A stretch of 64,000 nucleotides of DNA from assembly GCA_020536535.1 (NCBI GenBank), contig JAHLWZ010000004.1, forward strand, positions 310,001 to 374,000. Direction: 5' to 3'. Positions 21,034 to 34,000 of the stretch are shown here, piece after piece. Position numbers and translations under genes: made by a program. The notes beneath the pieces are model-generated. The model was given only the letters and a program-made list of their open reading frames with translations, was not told the origin of the DNA and ran no database searches. The first letter of the stretch is position 1. Each line of letters starts with the position of its first letter. This DNA is from Pelomyxa schiedti (taxonomy: Eukaryota > Protista > Evosea).

Positions 21034-23825
21034 ATGGGGGACACTGTCAAGCAGACTGGGAAGTACATCCACCTTTTGCAACCTTTACGGTGACCTCTTA
21101 GCCGTTGTTTTCGCCTTCTTGCGAACGTAGTTTGTTAAACCAACGTTCAGTGAACTTGCCGACAACTGGTCCATTGACATAGCACATGAACTGGAAGAAT
21201 ACTTGGAAGAATTGGAAACTATCACTTTCACCTTTGAGGGAGGGACTGAGGTCTTCAATTTTGCAGAAGGTTTCACTCATTTAATCTCAAGCCTGTCTCA
21301 CTTTTGAAGCTGCCCTTGTGATCCAAAATTCTGCCTCTGTATACAGCAAGAAAGTGGAGTCCCTTATGGAGCTCGTGGTGCAAGCTTTGAGTTGCATTCA
21401 AAAGTAAATTCAGCTCTTATTGTGCAAATCTCATTCACTTCCGTCAAGAAAGCCAAAAGCTGCACATAAGAAAGAAGAAGAGGAGGTTGAGGAAGAAACC
21501 CAATTTTTGAGTCTTGATGACATTCCTGGTTTGTTTTCATGTAACCTCCAGAGACTACTTGGTCGGTTAAAACATGACAGAGGCTACAAACATTGATCTT
21601 AAGGATAGCGACGATAACTTAAATGATCCCTCTCAAGCATCAGTCATCCGAAATCCTATTTTGTTGCATCTCAAATTATGTACTGGCACTTCTGCTGTCT
21701 CGGGAAGGACAGAAGATGCTGCTGGTGGAAGCAACCTTGGTGATTTCCAAATGTGTGGCCTAATGATGCACCAGACAGGAGCTCTTGTGCTTGATGATAC
21801 ATGGGCTCCAAAAGGTATTGCGGAGAAGTAAAACAAAAGAACAAGCCTTAAACTACCACAGAAATGCAAGCTCCTTACTCGGTTAGAAAGCCACCACCGC
21901 TGTCACGTCTGGTCCTGGATTCGGACAAACCAAGTCAAATTCCTTCTGAAGCACCAGCATCGCCTTCTGTTTTACCATCATCTGACCCATTTTCTACTGA
22001 TGGCGGTGACATTAGTGACGACGACAATCCCCCAGAGATACAACCTGCTACTCCAACTGAACTAAATGCTGTGGAGGTGCCTAACAATCCGTCTGTTGAA
22101 CCAGAAAAGAACTCTATCAAAGAAGCTGAACCTATGAAATCTGATGCTGTTATGAATTTGTCAAATAGTTTTGTGTGCACTGATGAAAACAAACGTTGGA
22201 ATAACCTCCCTCAAGGACGCCTCAATTGCCATTCCCCCAGCTATTCCTCCGTTGGCAGGCTCCAATGTGGAGACCTTCGAAAGTCACAAAGCACAGGAGA
22301 AAGAGACAGCCACAAGAAAGGCACAAGAACAAGCGTTTCGTCATACCATCTATATGAAAACCACTCATTTCTCTTCCTCAGGCAATCAAGAAGAGAGATG
22401 GTAAAACTGAAAAAGTTGATGCACAAAGAGGATTTTGTCTGTGAGGAATGGGACTTGTTGGATCCATACGACGACTCTGGAGCTTCTGCCAATAAGCCCT
22501 TCGTAAAAGGTGCATATCCTTTTTCTATCCTATCTTCCCACCCACCATTCAGATTGAACTCCAATATTCCGAATAGGGATCACATATAGAATTCCTCCGT
22601 GCCTCTCCAAGAAGAAGGGACGTGGCACAGCTTCGGCAGCATCCACTGCTAGAAGAGAAAACGTTGGAATAGGCAGTGGAAAAGGACGCACAACAAAACA
22701 AGGGACATTCTTCAGTGAATTTGAGTACCTCTACAAAGCTGCTCTGAAAAGAAGGAACCAGAAGAGACGTGGTGCAAAACCTATCTCTGAAAGCAATCTA
22801 GTGTGTGAAGAAAAATCATGTAATGATGAACTACTAAGCCACCGGGAAGGTAATAAGTACCGAGGAAAGTAACCCTGATGGCGATTTATCTGGTGCAGAG
22901 GTTTGACACTTGAGCCTACTAGACGTATCTAAATATCCTCCAGCTCGATTCTAGTGTCAATGCAGAAAATGCGGAGCAAGGGGAGCCACCATCAGTATCC
23001 GTCACTGTTACGGACAGTGGTGGTGTTATCATTTCGCAAGCACCTGGGAGACCTGAAACGGACCCAGACGAGGACGATTTTGACAATAATAACGGAATTG
23101 ACGAAGCACCTTCACCTGAAAATACCTCTGACCCACCCCTCACTGAAATCCCTGAAGCTGATCCAGGTACATTGATGGTTGATAACTTCTACCAGTCCTA
23201 TGAACAGTTGGCCAAAGAACGGCTTGTATGTGGTAACTCAATAAAACTTATTTCACACTTCATCCAGGGGCGAGTTCTTGATACAGCACAGCAGGAGGCA
23301 GAGTTGAGAAAAAGAGTGAACGATTGGCAGGACTACCTTCTTCCTATTCTTGAAATGCAGGTTACTGCTTTCAATTGTAGAATATCAACAGTAACGAACC
23401 AAACAGGCCAAACGAGAGGATTACAACATTCACACGTACTGCAAAAGGTTACTTGATACTTTTTTGGAGTGTGGTGGCTCCATTGGAGGACCAAGTCTCT
23501 CCTTCCAATCACTTTGCAATGCCACTTCGTCAGAAGGTATTGCTGAACAGTGGCAAGTGACACGTCTATTCTTGAGCATGTTAATGCTGGTATCACCTAT
23601 TTTATAGTAGTACAAAAACCCAAGTAACAACGCTACGTCATTATTTAGTTGAAGAGTGAAAACTTTAAGATGACCAACAAAGGGAGCCTGGAACTCTCTC
23701 TTCTTTCCCTGGAACCACTCTACGAGATCGAGAAGAAGGAGGAAGAAACCACAACACCTGAACCCCCCAGACAAAAACAAACCAAGCCAAGAAAGCGCAA
23801 AGGCAAGAAAGATCAAGACTCTTGA
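21034..23825 (+). CDS. NCAPH2: Condensin II kleisin subunit H2
   Basis: N-terminus '[30 protein letters not shown]...FNFAEAALVIQNSASVYSKKVE'; C-terminal 'QEAELRKRVNDWQDYLLPILE' and 'RLFLSMLMLV'. Confidence 0.9.
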
Positions 23826-23898
23826 TACGCACATTCCAACCCTACCAATTGTAACAAGAGGATTTTAAAAAACGGTTCTAGGGAACAAACAGGTGTTA

Positions 23899-25569
23899 TT
23901 ATGTCACAAGGATCACAAACAGAGAACACAACAAAAGGGTGATTGTAGAGAGCACCTGGCCATGAGAGTACGAGAGAGATGGATGGGTATCAGAGGAAGA
24001 GGGGCTAGAGCAGACAGTAGAAGCCGGTGTTTTTGTGGTTATACTGAAGGCGACTGGGGACTGGGTTCCGGGCTGAATAGTGTATGTGGAGGCACCAGGT
24101 CTATGTTTTAGTACTATGTCTAGGGAGGTGATTAGCGGAAGAAATGGAAGCAATGGGCAGGATACCTCCTGAAGCTAGGTAAGTGCCAGTGTAGTTTCTG
24201 TCTGGATCCCCCATTTCCGTCAAAAAGACTGTAGACGTTGATACAAGCCTAGTTAAGGTTGATGCGGAGGGGTGCCCATAGGTATTTCCAAGCTACAAAG
24301 TATGTCAGGTTTACAAGGAGGTACAAGTTGTTGTGATACCCCAACAGAGATAATTGATGCAGTTGGAAGAATTGAATCCAAAAATTCCTGGTAGAAATCA
24401 CGTTCTGAAGAATTGGAGAAGGCTTACTTACAGACGATGAAGCACTGCTTGAGCCATGATGACTGACATGGTATACATCAACATTCCCAACTCTTTGGGC
24501 AACAACTTGCTCCTCCTCTGGCTTGCGTTTCATTAAAAGGATTTGGCTGACAAACTACTATCAGGTACCATTATATGTGTAGCAACTCGGTGCTGAGCCA
24601 CTTGTGGAATAAACACCTGAAGTGTCACCAATGGAGAAATAAGAGAAGTCCCCAAGCTGAAGTAAAATGCCAATAGAATAGTCATTCTCACTTGGTGGAC
24701 ACCTATCGAAATATGAGCTTCTTTCTTTGTACAGGGTGACACACTCCAAGCCAGAAAGGTTTGCATGAAGGGATTCGCCTGTTTTTGTGAAGGCACCAGC
24801 ACCGTCAGCTGAAATAATGGTTACCGTGGCATCTCTATTGGTGAACTTTAACGCAATGCTTTCTGTCATAGCAGTGCTGGCAACTTACGCATCAGGAGGG
24901 TTTATTTGTGTGCTGCTGCATAAAGAGGCAGTTTCTCTGACCGAATTCACTGACGTAGAAGGATCTTGCATGTAGCACAGCCAGTAGTCCATCGAGTCAA
25001 CAACTTTGCCCACGTTCTGCCATGACACCTCAGAGAAGTCACAGTAGTCATCACCGTCCGCATCTTCATTTCGGAAAGCATAAAAAGAGTTGAAGGGCAG
25101 TGTCCAAAATACCACTCCATGTTCCAGCATCTCGGTCAATGAACTGGCGAAAAGATATCCCTTCCACCTCCATCAGATACCACATTCCACCTTTATTTAC
25201 TGATCCAATGTGGTCGGTGTGTAGATGTGTCACAATAGCGGTGTCGACCACAGATGAGCCAGTAATGCTGTTTGCTTGAGTACAAACAACAAAAACCAAA
25301 ACAAAAGAAGAGTATACTTTCGTATGCGTGAGGCAACGTATATGGCGTTCGTGTGTGAGTTTACTGACTCCTCGCCCACGTCAATTAAAATGCTGTACCC
25401 TGACGGAAACACTATCAACTGGCTGTCACCCTTTGATCCTTTAAGAAAAAGGTCACTCTCGATGGGAATGTTGTAGAACCTGGCCGACGTCAAAAACGTG
25501 AATAACAAGGTCATTGGTGGCAACCACAACGCAAGCTAAGTAACCCAAGATCGCCAATGCAACACACAT
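23899..25569 (-). CDS. Secreted or surface-anchored ComEC/Rec2-type metallo-beta-lactamase-fold hydrolase
   Basis: Signal peptide MCVALAILGYLACVVVA; 'LVIHVFDVGQGDSQLIVFPSGYSILIDVG'; THLHTDH; 'ENDYSIG...FSIGD'; 'DVYHVSHHGS'; Ser/Thr spacer and hydrophobic C-terminus; multiple introns. Confidence 0.85.
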
Positions 25570-25799
25570 TGGTCGCGACACGAGCATGGCAACCGTTTAC
25601 GACGAGAACTCTCTTCTCGTAAAGATTTTTTTCTAGGGCTGGAGTTTTGACGAGGAACGGATTTATGGCTCCATGGACTGCCACACCGGGCAATCCACTG
25701 GACCCACCTCTCGAAAGGTTTATATAGGCTGGGTGCAGGAAATGTGTGGGATGAGGTGTAAAAGGTCTTTATTGCGAACTTGTTCGCAGTGGTGCTTTG

Positions 25800-26240
25800 G
25801 CGTCTTTCAAGAGATGTTCTTTGAAACACGAGGCGGTCATTTCCGGGAACACACGCAATAGCATCAACGTGGGCAAACTTATTGCCTTCCTGCCCAAAAT
25901 CTTTTGCTGCGAATCATTTAGTCCGAGATAGTTGTGAAAGCTGGCTGCAAAAGCAATTTGAAACTTTTATAATACACACCTCATCCAATGTCACATGGAA
26001 CTCATGGATTAACCACTCGGCACATCCTGTTTTGTTACTCACAAATAGTGCGTGCAGCAGCTGGTTTTGTTGGTCTTGACGACTTCTTCAGGCACATGGT
26101 ATTGGTTGATAGCCACCGCACAGTTTTTGCAGAATAGATGACGAGGGTATTTCCCAAACCTTGTGAAATGTCCTCCTGAATAGAGAATTCACCACGTGAG
26201 AGGATGAATTTTGCCTGAGAAACCCCAGCATATTGCAACG
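25800..26240 (-). pseudogene. Possible degenerate fragment of the ankyrin-like family, or part of an unresolved gene
   Basis: Short segments 'KTVRWLSTNTM' and 'CAEWLIHEFHVTLDE' resemble the repeats of 6297-8746 ('AEWLHREFNVTADD'). No complete gene model could be built. Confidence 0.3.
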
Positions 26241-26841
26241 CTTATATAATGGCACTACTTGTCACTGATGCTGTGCAGGGTAATATGTGAGAGGAACCGC
26301 CGGTCTTGCTTTTGCTTGGGGTTCTGTAGTGATTATATTAGTCAATGGAATGGTGGTCAATATACGCCATATTAGAGTGCTGGCTGGGGCAGCCCTGTAG
26401 GCGCCAAAAGACGCCACAGCAGGACTCCAAAGTACAGGGAGAGCCGAGCCTGAGAAGGCTCCCCCTGAGGTGTGACACCCTCCAAAACCAAACCTCAGCG
26501 ACCACCCCACCAGCAGCCCTCTCCCACGAGAGAGGCTTGGCAAAATGGCTGAGAGGCGGGGCTTTGGCAATGTGACTCAATCCAATCACGATCACGACCC
26601 CAATTCAGCAATCAACGATGCACCGCACTCCACACTTCATGTGTCAGGGTAATAAGAGCGAGCCCAAGCCACCAGCAAGCACCCACCAGCCACCCGACCT
26701 GCAGATCCACCCAGCAAAAGACAACACGCAGATCCAACCGCAAAAGAGCGTCACATGCGGAAAAGCGTAATCGCCAGTCACCACCGCGCTCTTTTTATTT
26801 TTTTTATTCTTTGTTTTTTGACTTTTTTGTTTTTTTTTTTG

Positions 26842-29800
26842 CTATTTAAATCTTGAAGTTTTTTCCCAGGTGTCTTCCAGAGATGGTCTTGACCTTCCTG
26901 CAGACAAGTTCGTTCAAAGTGGGGGAGATCTTTAGAATCGTCGAAGACAATTCGCCCAAGGCTCAGGGGTCCAGTTTGGAAAGAGATGTTACTTTGTTCT
27001 TAGCTACGTTGAACCACTTACTGTGCACTGTTCTAAGGAGCACATGCAACTTACAGTGTTACGAATAGAAACGAACTGCCCCAGAAAAAGGAGTTTCGAG
27101 GACAAAGGTTTTTTGGGCAAAATTTTGTTTCGGTGTTGCAGGTTTATCCATGTGAACTGTTGTCTGATCGAGGTGATTGTTGAGGAAGAGTGGGTGCTGC
27201 AGAGGGAAGGGGTGGAGGTGGTGATGAGGAACCAGGTACCACACTGTATACTGCCACTGTGCGCTCTAGCTAGTGCTTCTTCCATGTGGCTTCTTGTAGT
27301 GTGAGGCTGATGATGAACCCGGCGTCATTGCTGACGCCGAAGTTTTGTTGTGTGATGACGGTGTTGTGGGGAGCAGGACCGCGCTGCGGGCGAGCTGCTG
27401 GTGCCCAGCGTGGGCGTGGCCGCCGTGCTGCCCGTGCTGGTGGTTGCTGCCCCCGCTGCCGCTCCCGCTCCCGCTGCTGTGGGGAGTCGCCGCGGGCCGC
27501 GGAGTCGGGGTGCACGGCACGGCGGTGCTCGCGGGCGTGGTTCTGGGCGGGGAGGGTGTGCGGGACCTGGAGTGGGTGTGGGGCAACCGCGAGTGCATGT
27601 GTGAGGAAAAGAGGCGGAGGGGGCTCGGGGGACCGGGGACGGAGAGAGGCGGGGGTGAAGAGGTGCGAAGCGGGGATCCTGGGAGCGGCGGAGGTGGGAT
27701 TCCCTCTCCCTCTAAGAAGGAAAGTACATCGGGAATCTCTGTAATATCTGTTTGGGATTCAAATTAGTGAATAAAGAGGGCCTGGTGACAATGGCACTTA
27801 CAATTGGCCTGGTGCTTCGCTGGGTCGGAGTTATCTCTTGAAGAACCCTCCTTTGATCTGTAGTGACCTTTGGGTTTTTTCTCTTTCCGATGATGTCTTC
27901 TATTGGCAGCATATTGCATAGCAACCATAACGGACTCCGCAGTAAAAGCGGAAATTCTCTTCAAATCCTCAGAAATAGCTTTCTTTCTCTCTGGTACTGT
28001 CTCAGATGTAAGAAGGCGAGCAAGCCTATATTAGTTAGATACGACTATAACTAAAGCACGGGGAATCGCACCTCAAAACAGGAAGACAGTTGGCACTTGT
28101 CATCTCTTCTACTATATTCACAACATTTTTTCCCTCCGAGTTTGGTACCGTTACAGATGCTCCCGCCTTTAATTGGAATGATTGGCCCAAGTAACATATC
28201 ATAAAACGAAAGTAGTTCATGGCAACGAAAAAAAAGTGAGAAAGCACCTGAGAAGAGCTAAAGTTTCTGCTTTTCTATCACGTATTACTGCATAATGAAG
28301 TCGTGTGCCAGAAGCATCCAGCTTACATGTAAATATTAGCTTCGAGTGATTTATTGACGATACACACATATCAATGGGGCAGCCACAAACCAGAAGCAGG
28401 CTAAGGCACGCATGGGAGTGGTACTGCAATGCCATGTGCAGAAGGGACCTACAAATGTACTTCAGAAGTCCCTTTCAAAAGAGTTGTTGCAGTAAATTGA
28501 CCTTATATCAGGGGGAAATGTGGTGATCAAATCGAGCCCATGGGCAATACTAAAGAGTAATTTCTTCACACTTCCGTACTTTAAAGACTGATGTACAAAC
28601 TGAAAACAAATAAGTTCATAGAGTTAGCCTAAGGGATGGTGGGTTGTGACCTCATTCAAGTCACTTGGAGGTGGGCCTATAAAGCATTTTTTTATCATAT
28701 TTGGAGACAATCCAATTTCGACGAGAAACACTGAAAGAAAACCAATAAATAAACAATAAAGAAAAGTTCAACATACTTGTCAGCATCAGCTTGTATATGT
28801 TGAATATCTGGGGGGATTGCATTTTCCCACACTGTTGGCTTTTTCATTTCCGAGTGCAGCCAACATCTTGTTGAGAATGTGTTATTTATAACATCCAATT
28901 CATTTTTGCACAACGCACCAGATAAATATCTGGCTCGATGTGATCTAATTTGAGACTTCGCACTTTGCTTATGTGTACCAAGTTGTCTGTGAACACCCTC
29001 AAGGATAAGAAATCCAAAAACCCAAAGATGCACTTTACCTGAGCAATTAACACAAACAATAATTCCCAGATTGATGGAGACCCAGTCTGGATCTTCTTAA
29101 AAGGGAAGAAAGTGAACAAAAGGATAGACCTGGTGCCCCACAATCAGCACATGCCAAGTTAGTTTAAATTTGGGTTATCTACAGTGGCAGGTTTTTCTTT
29201 TGTACAGAAGAATTAGAAGAATATCCATCACGCAATTCTATTTCAAGACAACCTTCATTTTTTTGCATGAGATTTGCTCTGGAGTTATTAATTGTAGAGA
29301 TCCACGAATTCATTTGGTCTTGAGATTCTGCCTGAAACAAAAGTAAAAAGGAATATTCCTCAGGTTTTCTATGGCAACCTGCAGAAGAAACGAATTTGCT
29401 GGAGGAGTGATAATCTCAAAACAGAATCGTCTGTCAAGGTCACTAAACATGGAGGGTGGTCAGTATTATGTCTGTTACTCTGGCCTTGGATGCATCCTAG
29501 TTAGATCTTTTAGCTGGGTAGATGGGAGATGATGTCTACTTTGCCATCTTTGTAGTAAAAAAACTTCTCATTCTCAATTTTGAAGTACCTTCGCTGCCAG
29601 CTCTTGCCAAAACTAGTCGTTCTCTTGAATAAATACCTGAAGTCAAGTAAAAAGCAATCTTTCACTCTTTAATGCTACGAACCCTTCCATCTCCAAAATT
29701 GTGGTGGGTGCAGCTTGAATCGAAGGCAGATTTGGTAAACCTCCTTTCTAAAGTAAAAGTGAGTAACAAAGGCACAATAAAGAGGTAGATGCGGTACAGA

Positions 29801-30885
29801 GACTAAGGCCACTTTGGGCTCTGCCTCTTGTCGTTTTTTTTGCTGTTACATCTGCTTTATTTTCATCAAGTACCGACTCCAGAACTCTGAAGAATTGTTC
29901 ATGGACTTGGTTGGTTTGAGTGATTTGACAGAAAAAAACTTGGTGCTGCTGAAGCATTCCCTTGATTCCCTCCAATAAAACAATCCGAAATTGACTCTGG
30001 TGGTGAAATAAGCCGTAATTTGGGAAGAATTTCGGCACACAGTCGCCTGATTAAGGCTACAAGCAAGCTCCAGTATTGCCTCCTGTTGACCTCTTTTTGC
30101 AATGACAAGGTCTTCACTGATCTACACATAATATCAGGCTTTTTCTTTATGATTTTGGGGTATTTTATGGTTGTTGAACACACCTCAATCAAGTCAGAGC
30201 CTTTTTTTACCCGCGAGTACTTGGCTGCCATTGCATCAAGTTGTTCTGATCTCTTATTAAATTCTTTGGCTTTACCTTAACTGCAAATTAAAAATTCTCC
30301 AACCATCACAAATAAATATCAATAGAGGAAAGCTACTTGGTATAAGTATCTTGATACAACAGAAAACTCGGGAAAAGTACAAATTTGCTTCTTTCTTCAA
30401 TGGAAAGTCAAGGATTAGAGGCAGACTCCAAACTTGTTTCTAGAAAGTGAATGTAAGGAAAATGTGCAAAGGGGTGTCAAGGAAGCTACGAAGAAACTGG
30501 TCCCCTGGTGTGGCTTTCAAGCAGGTTGCCAGTTCCTGGCACCTCAATCTATAATCTGTAAATAAACTGAGGGTTTGATCTCACAATGTGCCAATGCACT
30601 ACCGTACTTGCAGCCATCAGAGCCTTATGGCATTTGATCACATCTTTCGCCCTCCCAGAGTCATCAATGACAGTCTCCAGAGAAATTCCACAGGCCCCAG
30701 GGAAGTCGCAGCAGCCGAGGTCGTAGCGTAAGCCGTAGTTGGTGCAAATGCAAAAGGGCGAGAAAGAGGCATCAAATGGGACGACGACACTGAGGCCGTG
30801 AGCAGTCGAGGAAGATGGGGCCACGACGTGGTCCCACAATCCGAGATATCCTCATCAGCTCCCCAACAGCTCCCCCAGTGTCCAT
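26842..30885 (-). CDS. ACAP/centaurin-beta-like ArfGAP (BAR-PH-ArfGAP-ankyrin) with a probable Pro/Ser/His-rich tail
   Basis: PH 'YLFKRTTSFGKSWQRRYFKIENEKFFYYKDGK'; ArfGAP 'PDWVSIN...GVHRQLG...SKVRSLKLD'; ankyrin 'LHYAVIRDRKAETLALL'; helical BAR-like exons at 29750-30650. The start and the last exons are tentative. Confidence 0.8.
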
Positions 30886-31030
30886 CAGTTCCTTGTTTTG
30901 TTTGTGCGATCAGTGCACGGTATTTCCGTTCGGCCTTTTTGATGATTTCTTCAAAAAGGGCATTTCCAGTAACCGCAATTTATAAATCATCAAGTGTTTA
31001 CGCCAGCAAACCACCCACCCATCATCCAGA

Positions 31031-34000
31031 ATGAGCACCTCCCTCTCGGATGAAGTGCCCATTATCATGCAACTTCCTTGTTCCCCCAATGCCAACGCCG
31101 TCCCCAAGCCACCCACAGGCTCCTCGCCCGGCACTGCAACCACCCCCACCACCACGACCCCCTCCCCTGCTCCCTCGCCCGTGGCCCAGAGCGAGGGAGG
31201 CGGGGGCTCCGCGGCCCAGCAGCAGCGGGGCCCCGGGGGCGGCGGCGCCCCGGCCACCAGCGGCAAGGCCGAGCCCGAGTGGGTGATGACTCAGAAGAAA
31301 GTGTTCACCAAGTGGATGAACGCCCACGTGTCGCGGGACCCAGGAGGGGCTAATAATAGCACCACAACCGGGGCCACGCCGTCCCCCTCGGCACCTGGGG
31401 GTGGGAGGACTATTGGAGTCCCACAATTTGTGCCAATTACGCAGTTGGAAATGGAACTTTTTAATGGGTTGACTCTGATCAGGGTGTGTTTATTGTGTAT
31501 AATGTTGTGAAAGGTTTGTTGGGTCATTGACTTACTTTTTTTTTTGGCCTTAGGCTGCTCATGTGCTATTTGGGGTCCCTCTTACAAAGTACACTGCTAA
31601 TCCAAAGAATCAATTCAGCTATTTGGATAATATTTCAGTGGCATTTCGCATGTTAGAAACAGCAGAGATAAACGTAACCATTAAACCAATGCGTGTGTGG
31701 TATCTGTTAGTTCCCTGCCTACTTCTCATACAATAAAACAAAAGAGTTGATTGACCACGACCTGAAAATGATTCTTGGTCTTGTATGGCTACTTATCCAG
31801 CAGTACAACTTGAAGAAGATAGCAGGAGGAGGTTTCTATTTTCTCTACTTGGTCTTTCCTTACTGGAGTATGAGACATGACTGCAAAAGAAGGACTCTTA
31901 ACATGGTGCAGAGATTGTGTATGCATTCCAGGAATGAAGATAGAAAATTTTACTACTAGGTAGTGTTTTTCTACAAAGTAACATGCATTTACAACCAAAT
32001 CTCTAGCTGGGCTGATGGGCTTGCATTCATTGGTCTTATATACAAATTTAGACCTACCCTTATTGATATTTCCAAATACTCCAAGGTGTGCCAAACAAGC
32101 TCTTCAATTTTAATTCAAATTAGGAAACAAAACGCAAAAATCTTGAAGATTCTTTTGCCATTGGTGAAAGTGAACTAGGTTTTTCCCTTCCTACATTTTT
32201 AAGGTTGATGCAATACAGGGATTCCCCCACTTCTCGATGTCGATGATTTTTTCACTGTCACCACACTTGACGAACTTTCTGTCATGGCCTATGTGTGCCT
32301 ATTACTCACTTGGTTTTTATAGTAACCTTGACTTCAGGTTTCAGAATTCTATCATGCCCTAGGGGTAGGTACCAAAGTATTTATTAGTTTAATAATTATC
32401 AATAGCCTTCAGAAAGCGCACCTGTAAGTGAACCTGTTCTGTTGCCCCAACCTCAGGTGAATTTCTCTAGAAAGAAATATAAGATATTTAGAATCTAAAG
32501 TTAATTTCTATCAGACAAATCTCGAAACACAAAGACTTGAGGCTGAGAATTGCCAATTAAGGAAGCAGATTGATATCCTTAACCAGGGGAGACAAAATGA
32601 TGTATGTTCTAGTACAAGACTCACCTGATCACTTTACAGGGTGATGAAATATCTTCTTTGAAACGACAGCTAGAAGAACAAGCAGGGAAAATAAAAACAA
32701 TCACTGATCAAGTCAACTCACAGAGGCAACAACAAGCCAATACTTTGAACCAAGTGGCGTGCTTGGAACAAAAACTCCAAGATAAAGAGCTGGAGGTTTA
32801 AACCTATGTCTCAAAGTTTAACAATCTAATTTTTCCCAATAAGCTAAAAAAGGTATCCCGGAAACTACAAATGGAAAGGAATCATAACTCTCACTTATGT
32901 AGGTAACTGAGGCAATGCACCTTCAATTTCAGGCACAGTGCTCTTCTTTCCAATCGGAAATTCAAAATCTCAGCCAGGAATTATTAAATAAGACTTCACA
33001 ATTGAGAACACAACAAGTACATTAGACCTCCCTTCCATTTCTCATTTTTTTTCCAGCTTAATACCGAGCAAGAGCTTAATTTGTCAGCAAAAAAAGAATT
33101 AGAATGGCAGCAACAAATCCTTGCTCTCAAAGAAGAAGTGGCACATTTGCAAGTTGATTACAATTAAATATGTTCTTCCCCATTAAAAAGCCTAAGGTTG
33201 AAGTAAATAAGAGAGATCAATGGAAAACAGTGCAAGAAACTGAATCCAGGAACAAACTAGATGAGCTCCATGCTGTTCAGGTAAAAGTTATTTCTTCCTT
33301 ACTTCAACTCACCAAGATCAGACTGAATGTGACCAAAAGATGAAGGATCTCCTAAAACGAGTATCTGAACTAGAAGAGGAATTATCTATGAGAAAGGTTG
33401 TAATGATGTGAGCCCACAAATTTACAATCCTTTAGCGGGAGCTTGCGCACAAATCCACACTGGTATCCAATCTGGAACAAATGGAAACACATCTACAAGG
33501 CCGCATATCTGCACTACAAAACGAATTAGCAACATTCCAAGTAGGCTTGTTCCTTAAGGATTTCCAAGTGACCTCCCTTGCAGCTTAGTAGTGATCAAAA
33601 GGCTTCTGCGATTGCAATTTTTCGACAGCAAGAGCTTGATATGAACAGTAAGCTTCATTCATTGCAAGAGCAACTTGTGCAGTCCAAAGTTGAAAGCACC
33701 TACTGTAACTTCTTCATTAATCCTTCTTTCTGTAGAAAAATCACGAAAACTGTGCTGAAATACTATCTCAAATGGAGGTAAAACTTGTGGCAATGCAAGA
33801 GCAAGCTACCAAATTCAAGGTACCGACACATCCATTTCCTTCCAAAAATCACTCACCACTAAATTTAAGCTTGAAAGAAATGAGCAAGAGAGTATGCGAG
33901 TGCAACAGGAAAGTGATTGGAGAAATCAGCTTAGTATCATTCAAGACCAACTGAGTAAAATAAAGGTATGTTGAAAAGTATTTCTGTACTTGTAGTTTTT

